Part shown: one piece after another, positions 49,257 to 62,830 of the stretch
Position numbering within the stretch: the stretch's first letter is position 1
Layout of the letters: every line of letters starts with the position of its first letter
Assembly: GCA_050575255.1 (NCBI GenBank)
Contig: JBNZDD010013677.1
Coordinates: 1,578,770 to 1,642,769 of the forward strand
Origin: Harriotta raleighana
Lineage: Eukaryota
Length of the DNA: 64,000 nt
Direction: 5' to 3'
Program-made: the position numbers and the translations under genes
The notes under the pieces: generated by a model
Told to the model about the DNA's origin: nothing
The model's database searches: none
What the model saw: only the letters and a program-made list of their open reading frames with translations

Positions 49257-52200
49257 GTAAGAGACAAGCGGCCAAACACCAACAAAATCTGCTTCATTAG
49301 GTGAAAGGGCTTCGATGATCTTGGTTGATGGGAAGCCAGAGAGTAAATGATTTTGCCCTGAGAGGGCTGGATGTGTGGAGCAGTCAACAATAACAGTAGC
49401 GAGATGGACTGATACTGTCACAGACGCAATGCTGGTGGGGGCAAAGGGATATCCATGAACTGAGCCTTGTATCTATCTATCTATTATTATCCTTTTATCC
49501 ACATCATTAATAATTTCAGTGCATCATTTTTTTTCAACCCTTCTCTTCAATGGAATCTTATTAAATGCCTTCCGGAAAATCATAAACCCAACATTTACTG
49601 CATTCCTTTTTATCTAAAAATCAATTTGGTGTTTTTTCACCAAACTTAACTTGATTAGCCAGACATGACCTCCCACCCTCACGTGTCACCTGCTCAGTAC
49701 CTCGGGGCTCTTTTCTCAGGCCCTTCTTTCCCTCCCACACTCCCTCTTGGTAACATCGAACATTCAAACACATTAACATTTCATAAGTTAAACTGAGGTC
49801 CCTCCTGACAGCTCAGGTCAACCGTAGAGATCTCGTGCCAATACTCAATTAAAAAAATGGTGTTTATCCCAGTGTCCTGGCCAACATGTCCCCAGAGAGG
49901 TTAGACCTTTTGCTTCCTATCTGTTTGTGCGACAATCTGCGCAAATTAGCTGCGATGTTTCTAATAATAATCCTAACATTATACAACATTTCACACATTG
50001 GGAGATTCTATCAAATTGCTTCACAGAACACACTGCATAGAGTAGCATTTCGAGGATCACACATGTGTACATGATGCCCCAAATTACATTTCCACTTCTA
50101 TTCTTGATACCAGGGCCATTGATGTTCGGTCCAATTTTCTGTGAGACATCAAGGCCTGGATGACCTGAAATTTCCTCCAACTCAATATGAATAAAGTATC
50201 CTCAGCTTCCCATCAATTTGCCCTCAACCTCACTGGTCTCTCCCTCTCAAACTTTCCAAACTAGTGCATACGACCCAGACACCTCACATCCAGTCCGTCA
50301 CTAAGTCCATCTGCCATCACCTCCACTGTATCATTTCCATTGCAGCTGCTAATCAACACAACGGATATTTAAGGGACAGTTGCTCTGTGCCAGAAAACCA
50401 CACTCCAGAGTCTGGCTACTGGATACCAGTTCCTAGCAAGGCTGTGATAAATTAATATTGAGAGGATTCTGTGAGAAGGAGCTGATGCTAGGTGACAGGA
50501 GCGAGCACTAAGAACTGACAGTTCTGCACACATCACAGCGAGTGGCACAGATATCCAATCCACACTGTGCCATGCCCACTGAGATACTATCACCAAACCA
50601 GCTCCTCATTCTTCCATCACTTGCTCCTCTCCATCTGGTCTTGTACACACGAACTGTAGAGTACCACAAAGTGAATCATTTCCTTTCCCTTGGTGGGTAA
50701 CTGTACACATAAGAACTGACATTGAGATGGACCAGCTGATCAGTAGCAAACAGGAATTAATTGTTCCCTTTTACGCACTGCATACCGTACATTAATAAAC
50801 CCTTCCCCTTCAGCAAAGTTACCGGAAGCACCAAAGAACACTTAGCTAAAACATCGTTCCTTACCTTTAAGCACAACACTGCAAGGGAGTGAGAAATATG
50901 CAGTGTAGTACGATGCTGTTGATAGTGTAAAAGTGAGCAGGGGAGTCGATTAGACACAGCAGGAGGCAGGCCAGCCTGGGGTGTAAGTGATGAGCTGTTG
51001 TGCCGTAGGCATCTCCCCAAGCCTGTGGGAACAAGGCACCACCTGTCAACATCTTAATTAGGAGTTTGGTAATCTGTGCAGAGATTACAGAGCTCTAAAC
51101 CATTGTAATTCATCAAACATGGCAACTATGGAATTTTAATAGAAACAAACTGATTTATTTTAGTGCTATCGGTTATATAATGCCTTAGCACATCATCAAG
51201 ACGTCTCAAAGCACTTCACAGGTGTCATCATACTGTGAAATGGAGTGACTGTGGATTTTGTTTTGGTAGTCGGTTTACAAGAGGAAGAGCATTGTGTTTA
51301 CCTAAGGCTTGGGGACTGCAGGGTTTGTGCTGGGGTAACTGCCAGAGTTTAACCTGTTAAAAGAGTGCTTTCTGGCAAGCTTCCTACTGTTTATCCAGCT
51401 AGGACCACCGTGCTGGTTAGGGTTTTGCCTTCCAGGAGTTCGGTGAGAAAATTCCTTTGCCCCAATGACATGTACCCGTCTAAGTGATGCCAATGAGCCA
51501 GGCTGGCTGGGCTGTGAATTTACATTGCCCTGGAATACTGCGGACATGTCTGAAACTAGACTAGCAAGACCGCAGACCACAGTGGATTGACTCAAGTCTA
51601 GCATTCTAATCACGACACCCTCAAGCCAGTTTAGCTCCAAGGAAATCCGCTTATCTCCTTCCCCCCAAGAAGGTAGGTAAATATATTACCAATTCTCGCA
51701 CCTTTCACACAAGACAGTATCATTAGAGCAAGGAAAAAATGTTGACTCAAGATCAGGCATGGAGTTAGATTACTATGATTAGTTTGAAGGTTTTTCGAAA
51801 CCTTTGAGAGGACAGGAGTTTGCTGAGATGAGTTAAAAACCCATTAGAGAGGTGAAACAGACCCCAGAGATGAGAAAAGCAAAACAAGCTAAAAATAACA
51901 GCAACATTTATAATTAAGCAATTATAGGTGAATCTAGTAAATAGAGAAGGCTGTGAAATGTGGGACACACTGTACAGAAACTCAGGAATCCTGAATTGAT
52001 TGAGATAGTACATTGGCAGCAACTGATACATGATACGTACAGAAAATATTATGTATGTGATATGTATACACATAGATACAACCACTTGCTTTCATACAGT
52101 TCCCTTCAAGTAGGGCAGTGTCTCTGAGTTCTTACACACAGGGTATAATGAGGAAACACTCTATGGACCAAGATGGATTCTGTGCTCGGAGGACTGAGTG

Positions 52201-53416
52201 GGGAACACTGACAAAGAAACTGGAATGTTACATACATGCAGTATTAAGGGATATGTTATTGCTCATTTAGTTTACTTCAGTTGATAGCACTCTCAATCAG
52301 TGGGTAATATGTTTAGCACTTAATTCTAGCTGACTTTCCAATGCAATCTTAGGGAATGTGTTGCATTATTGGCTGTGCCATCTCCTTTCATCTCACAAAT
52401 GACAACAATCCTAACAGATTCCCACTTCTCCGCATGCAGAATCCCTGATGAGGGAATATTACATCTGGCCCATGCAGTATTCATGCATCAGAAGGCATTT
52501 AAAAAAGATAAACTTATATGATTGTAGAAGAAGGTAAAAGAATGGGATTGGCTCAGTTGACTGTGAGTAAGAAGGTTGTGGGTGCGAGCCCCACATTAGG
52601 TCTTTGAACTCAGATTGTCCAGACTGACACTGCAGAATAGTACTGGGACTGTGCTGCATCGTTGCAAATTCCATCCTTTAGATAAGATATTAAAATTGAT
52701 GATTTGCAGGCCATTGCTATGTACAATTGGCTGCCACATTCGCCTGCAAAGCACAGTTACTGCACTTTACAGTAGATCCCTTGAAGAGCTTTTATATGTC
52801 TTCCAGACTTGAAAGGTGTTGTTTCAAACACAAGGATTGTTAGTGTTAATATATTGCAAATCAGTTAGTTGGATTCAAAACTGACTCAGCAGCATGAAGC
52901 AGAAGCTGATTACAAGTAAGACAAGCTCTTATTGGGGGCATTGACTGAGGTCTTTTTCTGGATGCCTGCTGTTCACATTATTTATTATTAATGATTTGAA
53001 GGAGAGCAATTTTTTTAATGTTGTAAAATGTGCTGATGATACTAAGCTGTGTGAGAAGGTGAATGAGAGAGGAACACTGGAACATGCAGTTTGGCAAAAG
53101 AACCATTTATTTCTTACCTAAAGCCTCTCTTTATCTCTTATCTAAAGTCTTACCTTTAAGCCCTGCCTCTTCCTATCCCACATACCCTCAATCGCCATTA
53201 AAAAGGGAGGCACTGTCAAAGACCAAATTCTGTAGGTGTGATCTGGTTGCACCCTAATAATTTATGTCACTGCAACGTATGTTGATGAGCTGAGAGAAGG
53301 AAATTTTCCAGCTATTTTGTAAAGATTCTCTTAATCAGAGGCAGATTTAGCTCAATAACCAGATGCTCGTGGAATATTGACTCGTGGCTGCTTTTGTTCG
53401 CTTCCCTCCCCTCCAG

Positions 53417-53543
53417 GAATTCATAATGATTGTGGTATTCGGGCTGGAGTACATCATCCGGATCTGGGCGGCTGGCTGCTGCTGCCGGTACAGGGGATGG
53501 CAGGGACGGCTACGGTTTGCCCAGAAACCATTCTGCATAATAG
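53417..53543 (+). CDS. KCNQ4: KCNQ4 coding exon 3 (S2, S2-S3 linker with CCC motif)
   Basis: ctccAG acceptor; 127 nt; [42 protein letters not shown] + G; TAG|gtaaga donor. Lies in ORF 53384..53632. Confidence 0.97.
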
Positions 53544-53602
53544 GTAAGAGCAGCCCCCCCTTTCTCATGGGCTGCGTTGAGAGACAAAAGACGATTTCCA
53601 CC

Positions 53603-53913
53603 AATAATAATAATAATCCTTGCATTTCATAAAGCACATTTCACATCTTCTAGACGTCTCAAAGCACTAAGCAGAATATATTATGAAAGTGAATTAACTT
53701 TGTGGGAAAAACGTGGCAGCTAATTGCACAGCAGTGTCTCACAAACAGTCATGGATTGAAATGACCCAATTTTATTATTGGTTTTTTTCTTGAGGGATTA
53801 TTATCAGGTGTGTGGAGTAAGGAAACTCGCCCAAGGCTTTGCCCTGTCCAAGAATTGAACCTAGGTTTCTCGCTCATGAGGTGAGTCCTCTAACCGCAGA
53901 GCTACAGGACTCC
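53603..53913 (-). mobile_element. tRNA-derived SINE, short form, 60 bp downstream of exon 3
   Basis: Full reverse-complement family match. Confidence 0.9.
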
Positions 53914-55439
53914 CAATGAAAGGAAGGAAGGCAAAAGGTGCATGACAATGATTTGAGACAGGATAATTTCTGATTTAATATTACGGGACCTTACCTGCTG
54001 TAGACTGAAATTCACCATACCTATAATGTGACCTCCTGGAGTCGAATAGATTGATTGCCTGTTGGATTTGAAATCAGTATCTGGCGGGAGAAGGCAATGC
54101 AAAAATGCACTCCAGGCAAAATTCCCTTATTATGTCAAAACATCCCAAATCACCTAACAGTACTGTAATATAATGTAGAATTTTGTAGACAAATGTAGCA
54201 GCCAATTTTGCACACGTTCATATCTCACCAACAGTCATGAAGTGAAGGACCCAATTATCTGGAAGAATTTTGGCCGTGATACCTGAATAAACACCATTCT
54301 CATTTCATATAGTGTCATAGAATCTGTAACATCTACTCAACTAGGCAGAAATAATTAATTTTATGCATAATTAAGCATCAAATGTTTGTTATTATGTTAA
54401 TGCTATGCACCATTTCATTATCATGCAGGTGTTATTCCATTGGGAAATAGAGATATGTAGGCAGATATGTGCCTCACGGATATAGATATTCTGTCACTTG
54501 CTTTGACAATGCTGAGGGGACATATCACAGCCCTTTGTTCTGAGTGTTTTGTGAAGCAGAACCTAGACAAAAAAGTAGAGCATTAATCATAACATTTGAA
54601 ATTGGATGAGGATTTCTTTTTTTTAAGACGTACAAACCCTTTTTGGAATGCCTGGCCCTTTGGGCTAGACAGTGAATGGTGTTTCACCTCTGAGTAATGA
54701 ATGTCTCCTCTCTCTATTGAAAGCAAAAATCTGATGTGAAAAGGAGTTATGAAACTTAACCCAGTTATTAAACTGGTGAATCTTTAAGTGGTGCATTTTT
54801 TGTTAATGTTCTCATACAGTGAAAAATCTTGTTGCAAGATGCCACGCAGTTAGAAAATGCAATAGAATAACACAATGACTCCCATTACCGCTTGGCCCAA
54901 CTGCACAACACAATACTGCTGTAATATTGCCATTAATCACATTGGAACACAGGAATGTGTAGAATAAAGAACCGTAGAAGTGTACGACACAGTAGCAGGT
55001 CATTCAGCCCATTAGTTTGTGTTGGTGTTTGCTTGACCAAGAAGCAATCCATCCTAATCCCAATTCCCCTTTGACTATAAAATACACTGTCACTGTGTTG
55101 TGCTGTAAATCCTGTGAAGTCTTTTGAGATGTTTCAACAATGTGATAAATTCCTCTATCAAATCTAGGAATCATTATTGAAACTTACATTGCATTCAGGC
55201 CATTGAATCTGCACCAGATCTCAGAGCAAACCTAATCTTTCAATCCCGCTGCCACATCCTAGCCTAGTTGCCCTCAACTCTCTAACTTTCATATGTTTGT
55301 TACTTCTATCTTGAAACTCACAATACGCTCTGCTTTACCACCTTACTTGGCATCCCAACAAATCTCTGCGTGAAAAACAGGAGGAGAAGTTCTTTTTCCA
55401 AGTATTTATTCTGCTCCTGTCATTCAGCCTACTCCATGT

Positions 55440-55746
55440 CCCTACCCACCCCCTATTGGCAGGCGAGCCTTCAGCCACTCTACCCCCAACCTTTGGAATT
55501 CCATCCCGCAATCCCTCTGCCTCATCCCATCCCGCAATCCCTCTGCCTCATCCCATCCTTAGCCTCCTTCAATTCCCACCTCAGTACCCTCCTCTTCGAC
55601 TGTGTCATTGGTTAATCCCCTAAACCTACCTTCCCTCCATCCTCTCCGATCCCGAACCCAGCTCGGGTCCGAAACACCAACCGTCCAGCACCTTTGGACT
55701 TCCTCCTGATATGAAAGGTGCAAATCAAATGTAATTTTGTTGTTGT
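55440..55746 (+). mobile_element. L2 3' fragment with an internal 26-bp tandem duplication
   Basis: ccatcccgcaatccctctgcctcatc occurs twice; (TTG)n tail. Confidence 0.75.
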
Positions 55747-55963
55747 GTGTGGTCTCTCTTTATAGTTATATCACACAACTTCCTTCTAACTAAGAGAAGG
55801 GAATTTTTCTTCCAGTGTCCTAGCCAAAAATCCACTTCATGCCTGTTTGTGAGATGTTGCTGTGCACAAATTTGCTGCCTGTCACTTTTGACGAAAGGTC
55901 ATTGATCTGAAACATTAACTCATTTTCCTCTCTCTGTGGATGCTGCCTGACTTGCTGCATGTC

Positions 55964-56270
55964 AATAATAATAATAATCCTTGCATTAGATATAGTGCTT
56001 TTCACATCTTCTAGACATCTCAAAACTCTTCACAGTATATACTATAAAATAAATGGACTGTTTATTTGTGGGTGAAAAGTGGCAGCCAATTGCATGCAGC
56101 AGTATCCCACAAACAATCATGAATTGAGTAATCAAATTTTTTTTTCTTGAGGGATTATTATCAGGCATATGAAGTAAGGAAACTTGCCCAAAGTTTTTCC
56201 CTGACAGGAATCCTACCCAGGTCTTTCACTTGCAAGTGGAGTGTTTTAACACTGAGCTGCATGAGTTCAC
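55964..56270 (-). mobile_element. tRNA-derived SINE nested in another dispersed repeat (55886-55963 and ~56290-56345)
   Basis: SINE family match. The flanks gacgaaaggtcattgatctgaaacattaact...gatgctgcctgacttgctg and gatttccagcatctgcagtac resemble one repeat I recall from shark genomes (possibly Penelope-related; unverified). Confidence 0.75.
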
Positions 56271-56599
56271 ATAACTTCACATTCCCACAAACTTTTGTGT
56301 TTATGCCGGATTTCCAGCATCTGCAGTACTTTGCCTTGTATAATTTGTTATTTTTATTCTCGAGACCACATCCACTAGGTTCCAGGTTTGATCCTGCACC
56401 CAAGGTAGCTGATTCTCCATTGGCTAACCAGTTGCCGCTACAATTGTAGCTTAAATAAGGAGAATTTCCAAAGGTGCCACTGCATAGGGTTAATTTTGGG
56501 GGTAAATAAGAAAGTGAAGGGGAGATTCCTTTGGTAACTGGAATTATGTCACACAAGACTCACAGACTGAAGAAACCATGGAGTGGTTTTCCCACAACA

Positions 56600-57065
56600 G
56601 CAATTAACATTTATATAGGACCTTAATCATGTTGTTGTGATGTCGCAAAGCATTTCCCATAATACAGTATATTGTAAAGTGAACTGACTTGGTAGTTTGT
56701 GAGTAAATGCTGCAACCAATTTGCACACAGCAGTGTTCTCACCAAATAGCCATGGAGTGAGTGACCATGGGGATTGGGGATTGTTGGCCAGGATACACTG
56801 AGAAACTCCCTTCTTTCATATTGCTGGAGGATTGTCAGGAATTGGGATTGTATAGTTGAGTTGAGTTGTGCCTTGGTATCTTCAGCATCTACCTGGACAG
56901 ATTGTACCTTGGTTTAATGACTCATCTGAAGGACACACCTTGGACAATGCAATACCCTCCCCCACTGCTTTGGGAGTGTCAACTTAGACTGTATGGGTTC
57001 TGATGCTGAGCTTGAACACACAAACCTGCTGACTCAGTGGCTAGGGTGCTACCAACTGAACCAGT
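56600..57065 (-). mobile_element. Old DeuSINE, near full length
   Basis: Reverse complement of the 9878-10245 type: ttgttggccagga...gagaaactccc, ggtttaatgactcatctgaagga, gggtgctaccaactga. Confidence 0.7.
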
Positions 57066-58147
57066 AAAATACACATTCTAGTTTGGTGATGTGGAATTTG
57101 CTTGACCGGAATGAGAGGAGAAACAAGAAGAAACAGTGTAACGACACATCCTTTTTGGCAACCTTAAAACAAGAAAAAATAATTTAAAAAATAAGGTCTG
57201 AATATTCCAGATCAACTACTGTCCATCTTGATGTAAACATTGCCCCTCCACAAAATAGAAATCAATCAATCAATCCATCAATAATTACATTTATATAGTG
57301 CCTTTCACATTGGGAGGATGTCCCAAGGCGCTGTAAAATCAAGTAGGAATCAGAGCAGTGAGGGAGGGGGCAGGGGAAGGAAAATAGGAAAATTGACTAA
57401 ATATTTGTGGGCGAAACCCGGCAGCCAAATTGCGCACAGCAGTGTCCCACAAACAGTCATGGAAGTGGGGGCCAGGCGAGAAAGTGGGGAAAGAGGGAAA
57501 TCTACAAATTCCAAACCCAAATTCTTTGAAGTTAGGCTTTAACAGGAACTGAGCATGTCTGGAATATCCTAAAGGAAGACAGCATCTGTTTAAATCATGC
57601 TCTAACCTCCCGTCTCAATGAAAGCTGCTATTATAATTTAATTCCCTGAACTTCCTATGCACACGACACTATGGTAAGACACAGCGAGGAAGTAGCTGTT
57701 CATTCCATGCACCGAGATGCACATGTATTTTTGGAATCTGAAATCTTATTAGAAATGTTGAGTTGTAGAGGACGTCTTACAGTACCACAGAGGGAGGGGG
57801 AGTGGCTACAAGCCTCCTGGCTGAGAATCTGAGACCACGTCTTATGGGATTTAGAAACAGCTGCAACCAGTACAGATGCAGTGTTGTCTCCATAGGCCCT
57901 TTCAGTGCAGTTAACAGCTGTTACAGAAGTAGCACAGTGTGAGCTTCACTTCCTGGAGCTGGCGTATTCACAGGATGATGGAGTGTGTATTTAGGCTGCT
58001 GAAAAATGTTTAGTTCATCACCCGCACACACAGGGATATTGTGCTCTTGCAGACGAGGGGGTGTGGATGTCGGCTGCTGGGCTCCATGACCAGACCATTT
58101 GCTCTCAAGACCATTCCAGGTGACCATGATTCTGTGCCTCTGAATAT

Positions 58148-58460
58148 GGAGTCCTATGGAGTGTCGTTAAAGCACTCACTTCACAAATGAGAGGACTTGG
58201 TTTGATTCCCCGGCAGGGAAAATCTAATTTCCCCTTTTCCTCATTCCACAAACCTCTGTTTACCTAGCAGGAAGTAGGAACATGGGTATTAGTCGATTGG
58301 TGGATCACTTCTGGTGGTAATAACCCCCTCAAAATAATAAATAAATAACATAGTAATAGTTTGGTCACTCAATCCATGACTGTTTATGGGCTACTGCTAC
58401 ATCTACTGCTACATCTCAATGACATTATAAGGCGCTGTATCAAATGCAAGGATTATTATT
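58148..58460 (+). mobile_element. tRNA-derived SINE, long form
   Basis: Head ggagtcctatggagtgtcgttaaagcactcac; extra module ctgtttacctagcaggaagtaggaac...ctggtggt; (ATT) tail. Confidence 0.75.
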
Positions 58461-59450
58461 AATGTTTCAGTGATGGTTTCAATAAATGTGTTGAAAACTC
58501 TGCACAACCATCTCTCTCTCAGCGTTCAGCAGCGTTGGGCTCCTATACATGTAATCAGCCTGGGTTCCATTGTATTAAATTTGTCATTGAACAATGGATT
58601 GATTTCATTCTTCTTTCTCACTCCCGTCTCACAACTGCTTGCATCAACATAGTGCCTTTCAAATGTACAATACAGTCTCAAAGAGCTTCACCAAGACAGA
58701 AGAGATCACTGAAGGGAAAAGAGGGATGTGTTTGGAAAATCTAACCACGGGCAGGGACAAAGGGTTTTGAAGGCAGGGAGCGAGGTATAAATTGAAGGAA
58801 TTTGTTTGCCCATTTCTTAAAACCCCTTTTCCTTGGCTGCCCATGTCTTCTGCCACGTTTATTATCACAAGCATTGTTATCTCTCTGGATCTGGCTGCTA
58901 TCACACTCGCTTTTTCTCCCTTCCTGACCAATAAAACCATGCTTTAACCATGGATTACTTCTTCATGTTGAGGTAAATATATCAGTGTAAGGACAGTTTG
59001 TGCATTTACTCTTAAATTTACTCTTTTGTTCGCTCTGTTGAATTTTGTACTCAGCAGCTGATGATATTGCTTTTACGTCTCTTCCATAAGAAGACACTTG
59101 CAGCAATGCAGCACATCCCCTCTCACCCCCAGTACTGCATTGGAGCGTCAGCCTCAACTAAATCAGTTCCAAGTCACGGCATGGGGCTTGAACCCACAAT
59201 CTTTTGACTCAGAACCAAGAGTGCTGCCAACTGGGCCAGGTTGACACCTTCAAAGATTCTACTAAAAAATAAAATTAGTGTCTTCAATCCACAATTGTTT
59301 GTGGGACACTGTTGGTTGGAATTGGCTACTGCATTTCGTCCACAAAATATGCAGTCGATTCACTTCACAGTATTTTCTGTGAAGCGCTTTGAGATGTGTT
59401 GAAGACTTGATAAGGTGCTATATCAAGTGCAAGGATGATTATTATGATGA

Positions 59451-59900
<450 letters not shown>

Positions 59901-60017
59901 TAAATGTAAGTTATTGTTATTATTTTTTCTACTTTATCCCATCCTCATCACCTAAGTTGTTTCATACATATACAGTGTATAGAAAATATATAAGGTAACA
60001 TTGTCATTGTAATAAAA

Positions 60018-60625
60018 CAGTAAAAGCCAGTTTATCTGGCACCAGTGGGACCTGGCCAATGACGGTTAAACAGTCGGATCTGATGCTGAAAACCCAACAC
60101 AAAAAAATGAACTTACTTTAACACATACCATATTAATGATAGACTAAATAATAACAGATAATAGAATATTGTATGAGTAATGTATTATATAAATAATAGA
60201 CTAAATACACTAATAATAGATACTGTAATAACAGAATATTGTATTAGTACTTTATTATTTATATTTAACTTCTGCAATGGGGGCTGCCACGGAAGAAAAA
60301 AAACGACAGCGCGACTTTCAGGCTCTACTAGTGGCAAGCCAAAATACCTGTACAGTTCTCTTGGGCGACAATCGATTCATTAAATGCGCCATTGCTATTC
60401 TGCCGGATAACTTCCGGAAGAAAAAAAACGACAGCGCGACTTTCAGGCTCTACTAGTGGCAAGCCAAAATACCTGTACAGTTCTCTTGGGCGACAATCGA
60501 TTCATTAAATGCGCCATTGCTATTCTGCCGGATAACTTCCGGTTAAAATGGGGACTTGTTTTTTCAATGTGCCGGTTATACGGATGTTTCGGTTCATCGA
60601 GTCATAGATAAACAGGCTTTTACTG
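60018..60625 (-). mobile_element. Second MITE copy (same family as 21393-21824, opposite orientation) in intron 4
   Basis: TIRs CAGTAAAAGCCAGTTTATCTG and TAGATAAACAGGCTTTTACTG; right flank TA; shared internal ataacagaatattgtattagtactttattattta. Confidence 0.88.
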
Positions 60626-61060
60626 TAATTGGAGTTGAGGCACTGATCAACCATGAATGGTGGACCAGGCTTGAGGGGCTGAATGGCCTTTTCATGTTCC
60701 TATGGGACATCCTCCCGACGTGAAAGGTGCTCTATAAATGTAACTTTTATTATTGTTGTTGTTATTGTTGTATGTTCCAAAAAGCAGAAAAGGAAACCGA
60801 TGCACCCAGTTAAAATACAACAATGCCGATTTTCATTCATATAGCACCCTTCATCTCTGAGCGATTAACAGTAGATGCAGGGATACAACATAAAACTCAC
60901 TCTACACTGTATTATCCAATGCAGCAATAATACCCTTACTCGGATCTGACATAGAACAGACCATGGATGCAACTGTTTTCTACTGTGCCATTTTGTTGCA
61001 GACATTTCTGTCTCGGTTGTCACTGTTTGTGACACAATGTCTTGTCTTGTCATCTTGCAG

Positions 61061-61186
61061 GAGCTGATCACAGCCTGGTACATTGGTTTCCTTGTTCTCA
61101 TTTTCTCCTCTTTCCTTGTCTATCTGGCTGAGAAGGATGTAAACAAAGAATTCTCCACATACGCAGACTCCCTTTGGTGGGGTACA
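61061..61186 (+). CDS. KCNQ4: KCNQ4 coding exon 5 (S5, turret, pore helix)
   Basis: ttgcAG acceptor; 126 nt; [42 protein letters not shown]; ACA|gtaagt donor. ADSLWWGT is KCNQ4-type. Confidence 0.97.
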
Positions 61187-61789
61187 GTAAGTTCACTTGG
61201 CTGTTTCACAGTTGACCATTTGTCTTTCATGTGCTTTCAATGTCCATCTGTGTTTTCTTGTCCATTAGTGAGGTGCTAAGGGTGACGAATAGCAGAACCT
61301 ACTATAATAAGTAAAGAGATTTGGAAGCTGATCCTACAGAATGTTTTAAACCCAACGTTAACACATGGAAACTGCACTTTTTCAGTATCTCTGCGTGGGT
61401 CAAAATCTGACCGGTGACCCATAGCTAATCTGAAGCCATTTTCAGAATGAAGTACAAGGTGCTGACGTACATTTACGCAAGTTTCTATGGGAAAAGAATG
61501 TGCAAACATGGCACAAGGAGGATGCGGAGAGATAAGCAGAGGAGACAACTCTCCCTGGAATTGTCAATTTCATTTGTATAGCGCCTTTCATGTAAGGAGA
61601 ATATCCCAAGGTGCGGAACGGTCAGGGATTTGGATGGATGGGGAGGTGGGTTGCGATCAGGGGAGATCTAGGAGGCACAGTCAAACAGGAGGATCTTGAG
61701 ACCGGTCTTGAGAACTGCCTTAAATGTCCAAGAAAGAAAGAAAGCAAGGCAAATGAAATGTGGGAAGAAGAGAAGCCGAAAATAATACA

Positions 61790-62105
61790 AAAACAACAAA
61801 ATGATATTTATAGAATGCCTTTCACGTCAGGAGGATGTCCCAAGGCACTGAACAGTCAGGTCGGGACCCGAGCAAGGAGGAGGGGAAGATTAGTTGGGAG
61901 GGGATGGGAGGGAGAGAGTTAGGAGGGCAAGGAGAGGGTTGGGAGGGCAACAGAAGGCACGGAGGAAGAGAGGAGTCTTGAAGGAGTCTTGAAGAGACCA
62001 GTCTTGAATGAGGCAAGGGAGGGAGCGAGGCGAACGGACTATGGGATTGAGTTCCAGAGTATGGGGGCAGAGAGGCTGAAAACTCCTCCACCGATGGTAG
62101 GGCGG
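61790..62105 (-). mobile_element. L2 3' fragment in intron 5
   Basis: gcctttcacgtcaggaggatgtcccaaggcactgaacagtcaggtcgggaccc...gagttccagagtatgggggcagagaggctgaaa, the reverse complement of 32025-32290. Confidence 0.8.
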
Positions 62106-62686
62106 GTCACTGAGCATGATGCAATGAGCCAGGTGGAAACCACTCATGAATGCATAAGAATTTGCTTAGTGAGAGAACACTAAGGTCCATTTAGTTCGCC
62201 TTCCTGGCAATTGCTTGACATGTCATGTCCCTTACTGTATCGCAAAATATTATTTTCTAGCAGAAATCTATCTTTTTTTTCTTGAAAGAAACAACATTTT
62301 CTGCTTCCACTGTCTCCCTTGGAAGCCTGATCCATAAGTTCACAAATGTTACCCTCCAGAGAGCTAGACATTTATTTGGGGAGGACGGGTTTACGTGGTT
62401 ATGGGGAGAGAGCACAGAATCGATGGGCTGAATGGCCTCCTTTTGTGCCATATGATTCTAAGTGCAATCCCACAGCGAGTAAGTTTGGGAAAGGATGGCA
62501 GCAATCCTTGTAAACATGTGTGCCTTGTAGCAACAGACACAATGAGTTCACACCACACACAGTCACTAAAGAGATGCCAGAGGGCATCTGATCTGGCAGT
62601 CACAAGCTGAGTGTAGCAGGTGTAAGAGTGAACCGTTGTCAGCACATTTCACAGAGGTGTTAACCCATGTATTAACAATCATTTGA

Positions 62687-62830
<144 letters not shown>

